Shown: positions 5,261 through 5,291 of the stretch, piece after piece
How the letters are laid out: each line of letters starts with the position of its first letter
Position numbering within the stretch: the stretch's first letter is position 1
IMG/VR virus record: IMGVR_UViG_3300017613_000242
Coordinates: 1-5,291 of that record
Reading direction: 5' to 3' (one strand)
Length of the DNA stretch: 5,291 nt
Origin: a virus
Translations under genes and position numbers: made by a program
Notes under the pieces: model-generated
Databases searched by the model: none
The model's input: the letters and a program-made list of their open reading frames with translations, nothing else
What the model was told of the DNA's origin: nothing

Positions 5261-5291
5261 CTACGTCGCTACGCGCACGTTAAAAAAAAGA
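5171..5291. repeat. Second copy of the terminal overlap (identical to 1..121)
   Basis: Exact 121-nt identity with the window start. It contains the last 90 nt of rep, the GC-rich island (5254..5280) and the A8 run. Confidence 0.96.

Noticed and set aside
1-5291. Alternative genetic code or stop-codon recoding, tRNA genes, CRISPR repeats, integrase or endolysin genes
   Set aside because: All three hallmark genes are full-length under the standard code and the intergenic gaps are tiny, so recoding is unnecessary. There is no cloverleaf-like GC-rich 70-90 nt segment, no spaced direct repeats, and no ORF with integrase or peptidoglycan hydrolase motifs.

Overview
The window is one complete, circularly permuted genome of a small ssDNA phage of the family Microviridae. 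The first 121 nt (1..121) are identical to the last 121 nt (5171..5291), so the unit genome is 5170 nt and the window is a circular assembly with an overlap. All credible genes are on the + strand and tightly packed. They are a 683-aa major capsid protein (VP1/F-like, 805..2856), a 247-aa DNA pilot/minor capsid protein (VP2/H-like, 3530..4273), and a 328-aa HUH rolling-circle replication initiator (VP4/A-like, 4274..5260, whose 3' end reappears at 1..90). There are also five small ORFs of unknown function: 169..339, 345..554, 484..801, 2867..3220 and 3327..3530. The large VP1 and its N-terminal motifs resemble, from memory, the Bacteroidota-associated 'Alpavirinae-like' microviruses rather than phiX174-like or typical gokushoviruses. 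No start codon has a Shine-Dalgarno sequence and most follow A-tracts, which fits a Bacteroidota host. No integrase, endolysin, tRNA or CRISPR array is visible. Observations worth follow-up: (1) a GC/CpG-rich palindromic island right after the rep stop, in an otherwise A-rich, C-poor strand, as a candidate origin, nick or recombination site. (2) An unlisted 56-aa ORF with a cationic amphipathic/hydrophobic helix and a basic tail, as a candidate lysis or DNA-packaging protein. (3) A 106-nt intergenic region containing three stem-loops. (4) Two cases of overlapping + strand ORFs, one of them extremely basic. (5) Very strong purine and A-ending-codon bias, which also produces long spurious antisense ORFs. 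Homology statements rest on motif recognition by eye. No database search was possible.
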